Positions 62,601-64,000 of a DNA stretch of 64,000 bases are shown here, in pieces. The notes beneath the pieces are model-generated. The model worked only from the letters and a program-made list of their open reading frames with translations. It had not been told where the DNA came from and searched no databases. Made by a program: the position numbers and the translations under genes. The stretch is from Macrostomum hystrix (Eukaryota; Animalia; Platyhelminthes): assembly GCA_950097015.1 (NCBI GenBank), contig CATNEN010000005.1, positions 3,596,001 through 3,660,000 of the forward strand. Reading direction: 5' to 3'. Positions within the stretch are counted from its first letter, which is position 1. Each line of letters starts with the position of its first letter.

Positions 62601-64000
62601 ATGAGACAAGGGAAATGGAGACACGGAATAGACTGAGACACGGAGTAATGAGACAAGGGAAATGGAGACACGGAATAGATGAGACACGGAGTAATGAGAC
62701 AAGGGAAATGGAGACACGGAATAGACTGAGACACGGAGTAATGAGACAAGGGAAATGGAGACACGGAATAGATGAGACACGGAGTAATGAGACAAGGGAA
62801 ATGGAGACACGGAATAGATGAGACACGGAGTAATGAGACAAGGGAAATGGAGACACGGAATAGATGAGACACGGAGTAATGAGACAAGGGAAATGGAGAC
62901 ACGGAATAGATGAGACACGGAGTAATGAGACAAGGGAAATGGAGACACGGAATAGATGAGACACGGAGTAATGAGACAAGGGAAATGGAGACACGGAATA
63001 GATGAGACACGGAGTAATGAGACAAGGGAAATGGAGACACGGAATAGATGAGACACGGAGTAATGAGACAAGGGAAATGGAGACACGGAATAGATGAGAC
63101 ACGGAGTAATGAGACAAGGGAAATGGAGACACGGAATAGATGAGACACGGAGTAATGAGACAAGGGAAATGGAGACACGGAATAGACTGAGACACGGAGT
63201 AATGAGACAAGGGAAATGGAGACACGGAATAGATGAGACACGGAGTAATGAGACAAGGGAAATGGAGACACGGAATAGATGAGACACGGAGTAATGAGAC
63301 AAGGGAAATGGAGACACGGAATAGATGAGACACGGAGTAATGAGACAAGGGAAATGGAGACACGGAATAGATGAGACACGGAGTAATGAGACAAGGGAAA
63401 TGGAGACACGGAATAGATGAGACACGGAGTAATGAGACAAGGGAAATGGAGACACGGAATAGATGAGACACGGAGTAATGAGACAAGGGAAATGGAGACA
63501 CGGAATAACTGAGACACGGAGTAATGAGACAAGGGAAATGGAGACACGGAATAGATGAGACACGGAGTAATGAGACAAGGGAAATGGAGACACGGAATAG
63601 ATGAGACACGGAGTAATGAGACAAGGGAAATGGAGACACGGAATAGATGAGACACGGAGTAATGAGACAAGGGAAATGGAGACACGGAATAGATGAGACA
63701 CGGAGTAATGAGACAAGGGAAATGGAGACACGGAATAGATGAGACACGGAGTAATGAGACAAGGGAAATGGAGACACGGAATAGACTGAGACACGGAGTA
63801 ATGAGACAAGGGAAATGGAGACACGGAATAGATGAGACACGGAGTAATGAGACAAGGGAAATGGAGACACGGAATAACTGAGACACGGAATAATGAGACA
63901 AGGGAAATGGAGACACGGAATAACTGAGACACGGAGTAATGAGACAAGGGAAATGGAGACACGGAATAGATGAGACACGGAGTAATGAGACAAGGGAAAT
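38648..64000 (+). repeat. Giant 46-bp satellite (GAGACACGGAATAGAT-GAGACACGGAGTAAT-GAGACAAGGGAAATG), ~550 units, open at the right edge
   Basis: Directly visible, three 16+15+15 bp subunits sharing GAGACA. The 46-aa periodicity of the minus-strand ORFs equals three units cycling through all frames. Confidence 0.99.

Noticed and set aside
38569-63993. 8474-, 8052-, 6880- and 1506-aa minus-strand ORFs as giant repeat proteins
   Set aside because: The minus strand of the 46-bp unit simply contains no TAA/TAG/TGA. The same 46-aa string appears in all three frames, indels switch frames freely, and there is no unique N- or C-terminal domain.

Overview
Eukaryotic (metazoan) genomic DNA with spliceosomal GT-AG introns. 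The polyGln/polyAla-rich, GC-rich exons set in AT-rich, minisatellite-packed introns suggest a flatworm such as Macrostomum (inference only). Six host genes can be built by hand with phase-consistent splice sites: a TFAP2/AP-2 transcription factor (+, 6 exons visible, first exon probably upstream of the window), TMEM258 (-), a 2-exon rhodopsin-like orphan peptide-type GPCR (-), a 2-exon TM + Sel1-repeat protein (-), a secreted single-WSC-domain protein (-), and an 8-exon type I membrane protein with an F-type-lectin/discoidin-like domain plus two Ig-like domains (+). Mobile DNA: one near-intact DD34D mariner with a single frameshift, one internally deleted mariner of another family, tRNA-derived SINEs, a 137-bp antisense LINE-like 3' fragment with a 13-bp target-site duplication at an exon/intron junction of the lectin-Ig gene, and an unclassified dispersed repeat. 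More than half of the window is tandem repeat: about a dozen 11-33 bp minisatellites and a >25 kb 46-bp satellite (3 x 15/16-bp subunits, with kb-scale higher-order blocks) that runs off the right edge. The giant ORFs in the ORF track are artefacts of stop-free repeat strands. All analysis was by eye; no alignments or database searches were run.
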